Source of the DNA: Antedon mediterranea
Taxonomy: Eukaryota; Animalia; Echinodermata
Length of the DNA stretch: 64,000 nucleotides
Direction: 5' to 3'
Assembly (NCBI RefSeq): GCF_964355755.1
Contig: NC_092672.1
Location: 9,176,001-9,240,000 of the forward strand
Shown here: positions 52,901 to 64,000 of the stretch, in pieces
Numbering within the stretch: position 1 is the first letter of the stretch
Layout: each line of letters starts with the position of its first letter
The notes under the pieces: model-generated
Seen by the model: only the letters and a program-made list of their open reading frames with translations
Database searches by the model: none
What the model was told of the DNA's origin: nothing
Made by a program: the position numbers and the translations under genes

Positions 52901-55900
52901 GAAGAGACATTTTGACAAATTTTGTACAAGCCACTTTACCATCTACTTTAATATTTCAAAGTAAGAAGAAGTTTCTTTTATAAATGTACTAATATATTAT
53001 TAGGTTTCTTTGTTTCTAGTAGTGATTAAGTAGATACAGGGTTCAAAATACTTACCATGGTCAGAATTTTCTCGCTGGCCTTCGACAATTCGCAGCTCTT
53101 CAGATGACAATGCTGTTTGGCTCATGCCAGTTGGACTACGTTTCATCTAAGTAAAATAATTAGGACATACAGATAGGTATGTAAAGAGGAAAATACAGTT
53201 TTCTAGAATCTTTTTTATCAAACGAAAAGACAATTTATCAGTAGTGCCGGATCCAGGATTTTTTTTTTGGGTCAAAGGCCTAAATATTGTAAAAGCAATA
53301 AACTTAATATTATGTCCTATCCTTTGCATTGTAATTTTTGAAAATTTAGGGAGAGGGTGAAATTGTTAAGTTTAGCCTTACATTTCCAGTTACCTTTGTA
53401 TTGAAGTATTCTTTATCATTGAAGGTAATGTTAGCAACAGCCGACTGTTTTCTTCCAGATGATTTGTCCATTGCTTGGTCTTCGGGACTGATGTGTTGGA
53501 TTGATATGCGAAGATACCCTTGAACGTCTCCGCGCTCGTTCACTATCGCAACCTTCTGTACGAGTGATATTGGCACAAGCAGATTGCTAAGATACACAAA
53601 GGATCTGGAAAGAAAATTATATAAGAAAATTGTTTTAAAAAAACAAACAATTATTTGAAATACATTAAAAACAATATAGGAAACAGAAAGAGGAATATGA
53701 GATAGTAAGTTGATAAGATGGGCTGTAATAGGGCAGAATAGGGTGGTGACAACCAAGAAAATAAATTGAAAACACGGGAAAGTGAAAAATCTTATATTTA
53801 AAGTTAGAATTGCTCCTGAACTATCTTTATAAAAAGTTTTCTTCCCTTAAAAGCTATTTAATTTTTAATATATTTTTAGACGTATATTCATTGAATACCC
53901 GACTCCCTGAAATCAAAATCAGATTGGCCGGGAACTGGGCCTATACTACCAATATAAATGTAGCGGGGCTAACTGAAGGTGTATAATGGAATGAATGAGG
54001 TAGATTAATCTTCTTACCTTCCAACAAGCCTAAACCATGGGAATCGGTCATAAAACGGATCTCTACAAGTCATGGCATTTTCAAGTGTTCCATTTGATTC
54101 AGGAGTTATTGGCAATCCATCGCCTCCATCGCTATGATTGTCGTACATCTCTCGCATCATCTCCAACCGTTGCCTATAGACAAAATATAATTAAAAGCAT
54201 CAATTCTGAGACCTTATTCTGTATTACGTATATACATTTTTGGGCACATTTGGCATGGCCCAGCACTATTGTGCATAGTAAAGTACATGGTGCATAGTAA
54301 AAACATGATTCCTGAATAGAGATTAACATCAAAAAGGAAGAACATGTAAGAACAAATAGTATGTACAGCAACACTTCTATCCATTGTATGGATTCAAAGT
54401 CTTTAGAGCACAATATTTGTGTGAACTGTGCATTATAATATATTAACTTACTTAAGTTTTTCAATACTCCAGTAGTGAGTTGCACCATTCTTTTTGTCTT
54501 GCACTTCAACGGCAACAACGGTACGTGGAAATGGACGTTGTCCAATGTCTTTGTTATCCTTCTCAGATAGTAATTCAACTGGCAGAGGTGAGTACAGTGT
54601 GTCAGTTAACAAGACAAATTGGAATTCAACCTAACAGAACAAGAATAAGTTAGACATGTAAAAATAGCAGGGAATTGCAGTACCGTAGCCACGAGAAATA
54701 ATATAGTGCAGTGATTGTAATAAAAGAGAACAATCTCTGTGCAGGCACTGGTTTGTTAAATGCTTCTGTGAAAACGCAGTCATGCTGAAATATTACCATA
54801 CCCTGAATTGTTTTGAATATTGCGCCCCCTCTAACTTTAGATCAAAATACTACTTTTAATATAGTAGTAACCCTGATTGACTGGTTACGGTTTTTGTGTT
54901 TTATATCATTACAAATATAAAATCCTAATAAAAATTTAAATTCAGTGATACCTTTTTTTTTAATTCAACACTAACAGCATTTGCTTCTTTTAGATGAATG
55001 GCATTCCCCCACAAATCATCCTGGAAAAAATGATTATTAAAAAAAGCAGTGTATAAAATAATGTATGGACAGTATACATAAAATACTAAAAATTACAAAT
55101 GGAGTAAAAATATGAAATGTCCATTGTGACATACTATATTACCATTTAATGGTGTTAGGGAGCTTTTGATTTTTGATTGTCTAGGACCTATGCATATCTG
55201 TACCTAGAATACACTAAACCTGTGTTGAGGAAGCATGTTTCCATGTGCACAATGCATGTAACATGATGAAACAATTGATTAGGTCAGACAGTAGGTCATT
55301 ACAAATTAAAATCTTCCTATTGTTAATTACATCTTTGACAGAGATTAAAACATTCAAAGTTCTCAGTTTTACTATATTGTAGCTTTCTCAAAAAAGACAA
55401 TTCTTTTAACATAAAATAACTATTTTTATGCCTAATAGGTAGGTATAATTGATCGTAGGATTAAACCAGGATTCGAACCCAGGACTATACAATTCAGCTA
55501 CAGTAGCACTGCTTACTCTTATAGATGTAAATCTGTAGTATTTCCATTTACGAATAGCCCAAGCTGCAAGCTGGTATTCGTGTTCTCCCCAACACCATCC
55601 TAAAAACAATGAAACAAAATTAAATAATTTTAATGAAGCATTGTAATTTAGTAGTGCATAAAACATATTTATCAAACAGTAATTAACAGTACTAAACAGT
55701 ACTTGCTTTACAAAATTCAATACAAATATAGAAATAGTTCATTATACATAAAAAAAAAATGATCCAAGTTTTTAAAAATAATTTTTGAAAATTTGGAAAC
55801 TCTATTAAACTATTTAAAAGACCAAAAAGATTATAAAACTAAATATTTTTAATTAAGAGTTTATAAACATATATACTGTATATAAGTTAGAGAAAACTCA

Positions 55901-58900
55901 TTAGGTATTCAATTATTAGTTATCTTCTTTATAAGAAAATAACCATTTTTATGCCTAATAGGTACGTATAAATGATCGTAGGATTAAACCAGGATTTGAA
56001 ACCAGGACTATACAATCAAGCACGCTTACTCTTATAGATGTAAATCTGTAGTATTCAATTATTAGTTATCTTCTTTATAAGAAATACATTAATTAATAGT
56101 ATTTTATTCAATAGATGAATAAGACATCTTCTATATTAAAATTTTTCATGATCTAATAATTTGTGGAGCAAAGAAAGAGGAGCGAACAACTTACCTGAAA
56201 CGGACAGGAATCTGTGTTCCTATTGGTTGATTCTTAGCAACCACTAGAGGGCAACATGCAATGGCCAGTTGCAAGCTCCCCTTTAATTTGCTCCAATTAC
56301 AAAGTGATTATAAACAAGTGGTTTAATTATTATAAAAGGTGTTGTAGCTTTTGACAATGATTAACAAAGCAAATTAAAGAAATGTAACTTTTATAAAAAA
56401 TGTCATTAATTAGCAACAATCGGCATATTAAACAAAACACATTGACAGTATTTGCTCATTGCAAACAAATGTATGGTACCACTATTTGATTACCAGAAAT
56501 TAGTAAATACAATTCAACAAATTGTATGTACGTTTCGAAAATATAAATTAGACAAATACGAACTAAAAAAAAAATTAAATAAACAAAGAAATAAATCAAC
56601 TTCTGTTTAGGGTACAATTTTCTCCTTTGAGAAGAATGTTTGGAAAAATCTACACAACATCTTCAATCAAGAATTTGTGTGACAAAAAATAGGAATTTTA
56701 CTTAGTGGTCTCATCATGTGAAAATGAAATGAAAATCTATACCTTGGAACATACTAAAATACAATTAATTACAGGTTATTTTTTGTACTGTTATCCTTTA
56801 TTATTGAATATATAACATAACACACATATTACATTTTTAACCGGGTGGCTGACATTGATGCAATTTGGCATCAAACGGTTAGTTACCCACAATGTAAACA
56901 TTTCTATAGACAGCAAAGCCATATTAGGATACATCCACTAAGATTCTAAAGTATTTCTATTTTCTGCATTTTAATGGTAAACAAAACTCGCCTATACTAC
57001 AAAACACAAATTAAACATGGCTCGTTTTTCTGAATAATTGGCTTTCCAATTATTAAAATAATAATTTAAGTATTATAAAACAAAATAACTATTAAAAAAT
57101 GATTGACTACTTTTAATTTAATTATTTCGAAAATGACATGAACAGTTTATTCTTTTCACACAAAATGTTAAAGTACCAAAAAGTTCAGTACATTAAAATG
57201 TACACAAAAGAAAGGCTTTAACTTGTTGGAGAGACACACCTTACCGGTGACAGCGTTTGTTTAATGCTTTTGTCTTTCCTCGGCCTCGTGTCTTGTTTTT
57301 CATATATATATATATATATTTTTATGTTTTTTTTGTAATTATTATTTTATGTTTATTGCCGAAATAAATAAAATAAATAAAAATAAACTTAAAATGTCTC
57401 CGAAGAAACACATTTGAAAAACAAGAAGTATATTTTTTAGAAAATTGATATAGCAACCACTACATTTTATAATGTATAGTTGTAGTTACAAACAATTGTA
57501 AGAAGATTATGACATGAACTAATAACAGGAGATCTACAAATAAATTAAAACTATAAATGTTTACAAATTATAGCAAATAAACAACAAATTATTATTGTAC
57601 GTAAAAATTATACCAGATCACACAACAAAAAAAGAAATTATAGCAAATAAACAACAAATTATTATTGTACATATAAATTATACCAGATCACACAACAAAA
57701 AAAGAAACTATGAAAAAAATCTGAAATAAAATAAAAAGCAATAAAGATGTAGCAATAAAAAAAAATTAAATGCATTGTTAAAGTTGTGCAATAAAAATAA
57801 AAGTGCAAAGAAAATAAACACAGTATAATGGAGCAAATTAAAGGGAGCGTTTGTCGATCAGCCATGCAATACAGTGCCCTCATGCTGTCACGTTGTCTTG
57901 ATCACTGCTTCACCAAAACAAAGTATTCTTGCTTGTGTTATACATGCTGGTCACATGTTTATTGTATAGTAATTAATTTTAATTTAGGATTTGAATTATC
58001 ATTTTTTTCTATCAAGACTCTCGATCTCCATTAGCCTAAAAGTATTTTTTTTTTATGTCTTAATGTTGATTGAAAGGGTAAAAACATATTTTAAAGTTTT
58101 AATAGGAGTTGTGGAATATTTTAAATTTGAAACAAATCTCAAAAGTTGCTATGCGAATAAACAGCACTTTGTATCTGTTGTATTTATTTTAAAATTAAAA
58201 TATGAGGAAACAATTTTGGAAAATTTCTGTCCAGGAACAATTTTATAACATTAAAATTATGCTTTTTTCCCTCATTTCATCATGCATTTTATAAGCTCTA
58301 TACCAACTTTCAATGCTGCTGGAAGTAGTCTCAACACTAACAATACTGTTAGGTATTTATTCCCAAATAGGCACACGTGTGCATTGGAAAATTTGGAACT
58401 TGTAGATCTAATGGTCTAATGTCATATCAGTTTGTGCAGTATGGAAGTATAAACACATCAAACAAGATAATAATAAAAGAAAAAGATAGGGCATAAGAAA
58501 TAACAAACAATCTTGTCAAATTAAACTTGTTTTATTAATAAATCTGTTGCTTAATGCTGTATTTAGATATTAGCAAATATATTTACATATATAATAAATT
58601 TATTCGTTTTTAATTTACATGACTAAGTAAGTATAATACTCTTTGGAATAGTGATTCATTTTGATTTCTTTTATGATAAACACAAATTAAAAACTATTTA
58701 TATCATAAAGCAAATTAATAACATAATATAAAACTAAAGTAAATATAAAAGTTTTAAAAAATTATAAAATCATAAATTCAGCAAAACAAAATAATGATAT
58801 AAACATAAGTCAAATTAAAAAAAAATTATATAATATTTTATTAAATTAATATTTTTGGAACAAAACACTAAAAAATTATAAATTGTTCACGTGAAATCAG

Positions 58901-61900
58901 CAAGTAATAATGCAAGAAAATATGACACATATTGCTTGACCTTACGATTAAATAAATTCACCCTCGCCATCAAATATATATATGTGGAGATATTTTGCAA
59001 GCGTAAGAAAGTGTATAGGCACTACAAAATCTATAGATGGTAAGACAACTGTTTTCAAGTTTCTTTTTTATGGTCTAATACCAAGATATAGAGATAAATG
59101 AATGAATATTGAGAAGAGTTAAAGGGGGGTACTCTGATGTCAAATATAATTCGGGCCTGTGGGCTTATATTGTCCATTCACACTTATGCTATGCAGGAAA
59201 AAGTGACTCTTTCCTTGGCTACATTTTAAATTAAAAGTAATGTCACTTTAATATCTATGGACTTATGATAAATACTTGTATATACTGTACAGCCATATGT
59301 TTCCTATCAAATCCTCAGATCTATTATATTTACTGTTTATTTATTGCACATAGTTTTTCTAATGTGATTTATATAATGGTCCCAATTTGCAGCATTTGAG
59401 AATGGTCAACTGAGATGCCAATTAAAATGAACAGGGTAAAAAGTAAGAATGTTGTATACTAGAGAATATCATGTTTTAACCGGTCATCTGGTCAACTGGC
59501 ATGCACATTTTAAATAAACAGGACATACTGTAATAGTAATTAAACATTTGTATTGCACCAATTTAACTAAAAAACTGATGGCATATGTTGTATCCTGAAA
59601 CTGAGTTTTTAAATTAAATTTAAAAGAATCAAGAGTGGGTAAATGTTTGCCACAGAATGCAATTCCAAAGATAGGATTCAACAACAAAAAATTGTGAGTG
59701 AGTCTAGCTAAAGTCTTACAGAACTGAGAGCGATGATTTGTCAAAAGGAATGAAAGTGACGGAATAATAATCTTTAAAGAATTTTATAATGAAAAGCAAA
59801 TGTGTAACAATGCTATGACAGTTACAAATCAACAATTTTTTTTCAAATTAGAAAATACTAATTTGAAAATGATGGAATGAGATGATTCTGAAGGAATTAG
59901 AAATATAAAACACAGAATAAATTTTAAGTTTACAGAATTTAGAAAAAATAATCTTGAGGAATTGTCAATTGAGAAACAAATTGACAAAAAAATGGATATA
60001 ATCTGAAAAAATGTTTAGCAGAAAATATAAAAATATGATTGAAATATTAAAAGTCCATAATGTTGGGATAAAATTAATTTACAGTATCTATACAAGCTTT
60101 GATGTGTGTGATATATATAATATATATCTAATAGTGGTATATATAATATATATCTAATATAAAAATATTAACTGATTATAAATATATAATTAAGTCCAAT
60201 AATTATGATAACTTTTGATTTTAATTTTAGTATTTAAAAATATTTACAGGAAATCATAAAGTAATAAAATGTGTATTATTTTTATGTCAAAATCTGAACA
60301 TTTGTTTATGGCATACAGATTGAGGTTAAATCGTGATTAAAAGGTGGGAAATGGTTCCATTAAATTAAAACTATATTTATGTTTTCATTCTCCATTCCTC
60401 TTTCTTCATTCTTCTGTTTTAAGCTATTGTCAATTATTTTCTACATGGACTATTGGACATTAGACATATATTGGTAGATTTCTTTTAAAAGCTGCTGCAT
60501 TTATGCATACATTAAACACCACCAGTGTCCGTAAAGGTTAATCCAGAGTTGGAATATTTCAGATCAATATATAAAAAAAATTATATCTACATTTCTTTAA
60601 AAGCACATTTCCTAATTATTTACACATGAATTGATAATTTTCCTGAACAAATGTTTGAAGCAGATTTATAAAAATGACTGGATCATAACCAATAGCAACA
60701 CTTTATATTCATAAATATCAGGTATTACAGACATATAATTTCATACTTGATTATTCATTTGACATACTGGAATTTTATATTTTCCATTTAAAAATGATTT
60801 GGTGAGATTGATATTACTTATATATACATAGTATAAATATATTCATAATTTATGGAGTAATAGCAACTGTAGTCTTATTCGATTTATTGGATTTGGATTT
60901 GAACCTGTGAATCACTCAACCACTAGACCACATAGGATCTTGATGTAGTATAAATATATGATGCATAGAAATATAAAATATTATTGCAATGGAGTTTACA
61001 ATTTAACATTGCATTTAAATACACTGATAAAGTGAACATCAAAAAGTATTTCACAATACAACGTGTAAGAAGATATTTTAAAGCACTTTAAATTACTATG
61101 ACAACATACTATAATATGTTGCCTTGGATACAATGATGTCATCAATAGGTCACTGGAGGAACTGAATACAAACGATCACCTGAGTTCAGCAATGGCAATA
61201 AAGTAACTACTTATGAGAAACAAAATGGCAAGGATGTAAACAGAGAAATTATAAAGATACCAGAAAACCATGGCAGCAAAGACTATCGTTAACAACTTAC
61301 TTTCAAGTTTATCATCGCCCTCTGTGGTCATATCTGCTGGGGGAGACGATGCGGTTAACATGGTGTGTGTGTCCATCTGTTTCTGAAGTGCTTGTAGTTT
61401 ACTTTCATAATCCTAAAGATTTTAATTTAAAATACTTTTAATTACAGTGCAAATGCTTTCTGAAACAGTTATGGTTTAACCAAAAATACAGACTGTATTG
61501 GAAAAGCTATCCGGGACATAAAATCCAAGTGTAATGTTTGGAAGATTCCATCTAACAATAGTTCATTAAAAAGATTTGTATTAAAAAGGAAAGAAGGTGG
61601 GGGTAAATCTTAGTGGATCTTACCAGTCGTTGCTGTTCCAATAATTGGTCTGCCTCCTCCTTTTCTTTCTTCATCTGTGCTTCCAGTGCTAATAACCTAC
61701 ATAATGTGTACACATATAACATATTATACAGTTTAATAGTAATGATTTTGGTATCAAACAAACCCTTCTTAAGTGTTCTCCCAGTGTCACAAGATTCTTT
61801 TAAAACCCATGGTTTAGAAGGCAAGCATCAAACCCACCAAACTACAACTTTAAAAACAATCTATAAAAATAATTTTAAAAACTTTTACCTTTGTTCCATC

Positions 61901-63609
61901 TCTTCCTTCATGTTGATTCCTTCCTTCAGTAGAAGCTCATTCTGTGCAAAGAACCAGTCAACTGGTTCTTTAGAAGGTGATTCTATCGTTGGTGACTTCA
62001 AGCATTTTTGTTGACGAACCTGCTTTGGGTGGTTAAATCGGAACACATGGAATTTCCCAAGAATCACTCGGTAACCTATACAGAAAATTTAAAGTTTAGG
62101 TTTTTTATTTTTATTTAAAGCAGAAGTTAAATTATCAGTCATATTTAGGCAGTGCTAACTACCATGGCCCAGGACTCACCAGAATACAGTTCTACAGGTT
62201 CCTCAACCAACTTGCCATTAACATAACAGAGACATTCTGGAGAGATAGGCATGATCAAAACAGAGTCATCCGTGTTGTCAAAGAGGCAGTGCTGCTGCTG
62301 GATACTTGTGCCACTTAACTGGATGTCTTGTGGGACTTTGGCAGATGATAGTCCAACTCTGTCAAAGAAGTAATTAAAAAATAAATTAAAGTAAAATGCA
62401 CAATATCATCTCTTGGACCTATATCAATATTATTGAGGGTTCTGAAAATAACACAATATTTTCATACCTGGTTGTTCCATTCTTAATATAATACAGTAAA
62501 CATTCTGACATCAAAGCATCCTCATTCAAATTAACTAGATGTGGAGTCTGTAAAAAAAAGAAATGAATCATTTGAAATACAAATAATAAAGTCTACTTTG
62601 AGTAGGTTAATAATTAACATGAACAAGTCTAATGTAACTTACATTTTTTGGTGAAAAGACGCCAACAGTGTTGCCATCTTCTCGGATTGCCACGCCCATC
62701 TCTGCTAACATTTCTTCTCGTTGTTGTCTTATTGCATCCGTTTTCTGTAATTTTTGTTCCCATGTTTCATTTAACTCTGCTATTAACTTTTCATTAGCCT
62801 ATAAGTAATAATAAAAAATATCTTAAAATTTGTTAATGTGTCATGATTAAAGATCGAAACATATTAATTTGACAAACTTAAGAGGATGCTTCCTGTGCGA
62901 TGAATGAGGGACATTATAGGCCACCACCACCATCCCATAATCAGGAGAAACCCACACTAAGAGGACACTACCCCTTTAATTGCCTAACTAAACTCCAAAA
63001 GCCCATGGGGTTTAAAAGAAGTCCCTTTTTAAACAAGAGACCAGCACTGACATTGATAGGCTTAACTAATTATGACCAATTTTTGGTCAATTCTATGTAC
63101 TTAAGGTTGCAAATTATATTTATACACTAGGTAGGCCTAAATCTATATTTTCTTGTTGCTTATGCTAGCTGCAAATGACCCTATTTGTCCAAAAATTCTG
63201 GCTACACACTTGCTCTGGAGATAAACTGAGTGTGAAGCACGTCCAGCATACAAAATGTTGAAGCCCTTATGTGTTTTGAACGCTAGATTTTCTAGGAAAT
63301 GTGAAAGGGATATTCTGGTAGTGTTTTTTTGTTAACGTCGCTACTAAAAAACAAAACAAAAACATTAATATTCGGGGGGAAAAAAGATATACCTTTAACT
63401 GTTCCACAGCCTCTTGCTCCATTTGAGTTGACATTTTTCTTCCACCCAAGTTTGAATTTGAAACATTTAAATTATCAATAAATATACCCTCTGCCTTTAG
63501 TAGATCACGTAACCTGTTCACCTCTTCCTTGAGGTCACGTATAAGCTTGGCGTTGGGATCTTCATTAATAACAGCCTTGCACATAATGCTCTTGGCACGA
63601 TCGGCATAC
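34937..63609 (-). CDS. KIF1A: Kinesin-3 KIF1A/KIF1B-beta/unc-104 homologue, 3' portion (end of motor, neck, FHA, stalk, PH); the 5' exons lie beyond the window
   Basis: Exons: 63609-63393, 62798-62643, 62547-62468, 62358-62180, 62075-61889, 61696-61624, 61412-61301, 55599-55517, 55020-54952, 54630-54452, 54173-54018, 53604-53394, 53146-53056, 52870-52690, 51847-51757, 50686-50568, (50057-49995), 47741-47571, 46571-46417, 46150-46045, 45767-45653, 40790-40657, 40166-40105, (38632-38555), 36790-36645, 36390-36190, 35831-35566, 35458-35266, 35095-34937. Motifs: [94 protein letters not shown]. Likely co-orthologous to KIF1A and KIF1B. Confidence 0.95.
37590..37755. mobile_element. Tc1/mariner-type MITE (TA target duplication)
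   Basis: TA|CAGTAGAACTC ... GTGTTCTACTG|TA. Same family at 45254-45385, with fragments near 14480-14940, 32410-32470 and 34670-34780. Confidence 0.7.
38555..38632 (-). CDS. Candidate 78-nt cassette exon of KIF1 ([26 protein letters not shown])
   Basis: ttcttccccaatcag acceptor, G|gtaagg donor, phase 1-1, open frame, GC-rich island in an AT-rich intron. Confidence 0.7.
42763..44712 (+). CDS. LRR + Ig single-pass membrane protein (LIG class), 649 aa, nested antisense in a KIF1 intron
   Basis: Signal peptide; Cys-rich LRRNT ([12 protein letters not shown]); about 13 LxxLxLxxNxI repeats; LRRCT (NQLKCDC...C); one Ig domain ([21 protein letters not shown]); S/T-rich stalk; TM ([20 protein letters not shown]); ~50-aa tail. 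Acceptor tttacag ends at 42752, and a candidate UTR donor AAG|GTAAGT lies at 41923. Confidence 0.92.
   Translation: MYIVFILLLSVKQATGSCNHEGKNCEWNMFAHRCRCQNLGLTCVPRNILECPNIISLQLENNNITEINVTDLMPYKVKLTSLKLSNNQISSIALGSFEGMAHLEELFLARNQLISLQDGIFSGLTSLKKLFLSSNNIKSIEDTVFNNLEELQTLDLSGNKLSTLSSNVFSELVKLRELYLSSNCLIQVPAFLDTMPILTELDLSKNMISLFPRNTLSKLTKLKILELSSNNISFIERNALYNMSFLEELYLDNNTITSLQPNILWGNQEEMSDLQALTIFDIHNNNITEILKDFMRHLPAIETLNLSGNQIQSIEPASFSAMNNLRSLLLRQNQLNYFDSDLFKDETAMDIKECKKEQKTFNYLQDINLSENKMVSAPSANFFTMMPSLKYFELTENQLKCDCDILQIVYWFNSSKHDISSKHFLGKCAMPSNLQGTSIVNVNSKDIADGPCENALIENRNTSLMVNAGEKVIINCNTSGNPSPSICWNVPQSLTHSDLNISMERIVIPEVSNKYEGSYTCNVENVFNNDSVTYRVLINKNRLVTTLPIKKTSTEKQDYSGRTTTESSYVTKQSKLQTFTIIASIFLCFTVVFIIYMVRCHGSQMELCQRHGSESDLRSNRIARDRRRVYKTLVEERENIEIRNLEHFT
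45254..45385. mobile_element. Tc1/mariner-type MITE
   Basis: TIRs CAGTAGAACCTCT / AGAGGTTCTACTG with internal GGGACA / TGTCCC. Confidence 0.75.
47380..47530 (+). mobile_element. Short dispersed element, possibly a hAT-type MITE; further copies at 48764-48890 and ~54678-54790
   Basis: Shared start CAGT..GTAGCCAC.AGAAAT and internal CAATCT.TGT.CA.GC; two copies end in GTGGC....CCCTG. No clean TSD was seen. Confidence 0.55.
49995..50057 (-). CDS. Candidate 63-nt cassette exon of KIF1 ([20 protein letters not shown])
   Basis: tgctttatgtttcag acceptor, gtaaga donor, phase 2-2, open frame. Confidence 0.7.
50855..50910 (-). mobile_element. Decayed tRNA-derived SINE-like fragment (similar fragments at ~55460-55510 and ~60895-60932)
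   Basis: B-box-like sequences on the minus strand: GGTTCTAATCC here and GGTTCGAATCC at ~55469-55479; no complete cloverleaf. Confidence 0.4.
57566..57707. repeat. Two-copy tandem duplication, ~70-bp unit
   Basis: AAATTATAGCAAATAAACAACAAATTATTATTGTAC...ATACCAGATCACACAACAAAAAA occurs twice. Confidence 0.85.
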
Positions 63610-64000
63610 CTATAACAGATACATTTTGTCACATTACAAATATACTGGAAGAAGGTTTAAGCAAAATAATCATTTTAACTTATACCATAATGATGTGCTT
63701 AACAATCATATAGGCCACAAAATTAAGAAAAACTATATAAAAACTGGGCAATCAAATATAAACTAAATTTGACCATATTTTGTCAGATAGGATATACCTC
63801 AGTTGGAAAGCTTATAAAGTATTTATAAAAACCAATAAAAAAAAAATCTTTTTATCTGCCTCCTTCAATATAAATGCATAGATCTTGCTCGTTTCTACAA
63901 CAACTGCATAGATATACCGTACACACACTGTAGTAGTAATTTCAGCATAGCCCACTAATAACAATAAATATTCATGCTGAGAATAAAATCTAATTTCAAA

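Noticed and set aside
55460-55510. tRNA gene (B-box GGTTCGAATCC on the minus strand)
   Set aside because: No acceptor stem or anticodon arm can be built; at best a SINE-like remnant.
61413-61623. A KIF1B-alpha-type alternative tail exon after LLEQQRL
   Set aside because: The intron is only ~210 nt and holds no long ORF resembling the alpha tail.

Overview
AT-rich, intron-rich animal genomic DNA. It is probably from an invertebrate deuterostome, which is my inference from gene content and intron style. I reconstructed five protein-coding genes by hand using GT-AG junctions and reading-frame phase. (1) A 9-exon PARP12/ZAP(PARP13)-like gene (minus, 1311-8295). It has nine CCCH fingers expanded by tandem exon duplication, two WWE domains, a degenerate PARP domain, an in-frame TAA in exon 8 and NF-kB sites just upstream. 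(2) C3orf33-like (minus, 9810-11525), head-to-head with (3) CEP104 (plus, 12392-23565); both first introns carry TAGGCCTA/CTAG-rich tracts. (4) The 3' part of a KIF1A/KIF1B/unc-104 kinesin-3 gene (minus, 34937 to beyond the window end). (5) An LRR-Ig-TM receptor with an intronless CDS (plus, 42763-44712), nested antisense in a KIF1 intron. Between the convergent CEP104 and KIF1 3' ends lies a ~4.2 kb composite satellite whose core monomers are hairpins. The best leads are the ZAP-like immune module, a possible membrane-anchored KIF1 isoform with odd splice and RNA-duplex features in the same intron, and the hairpin satellite. Exon models and functions are predictions from sequence only.
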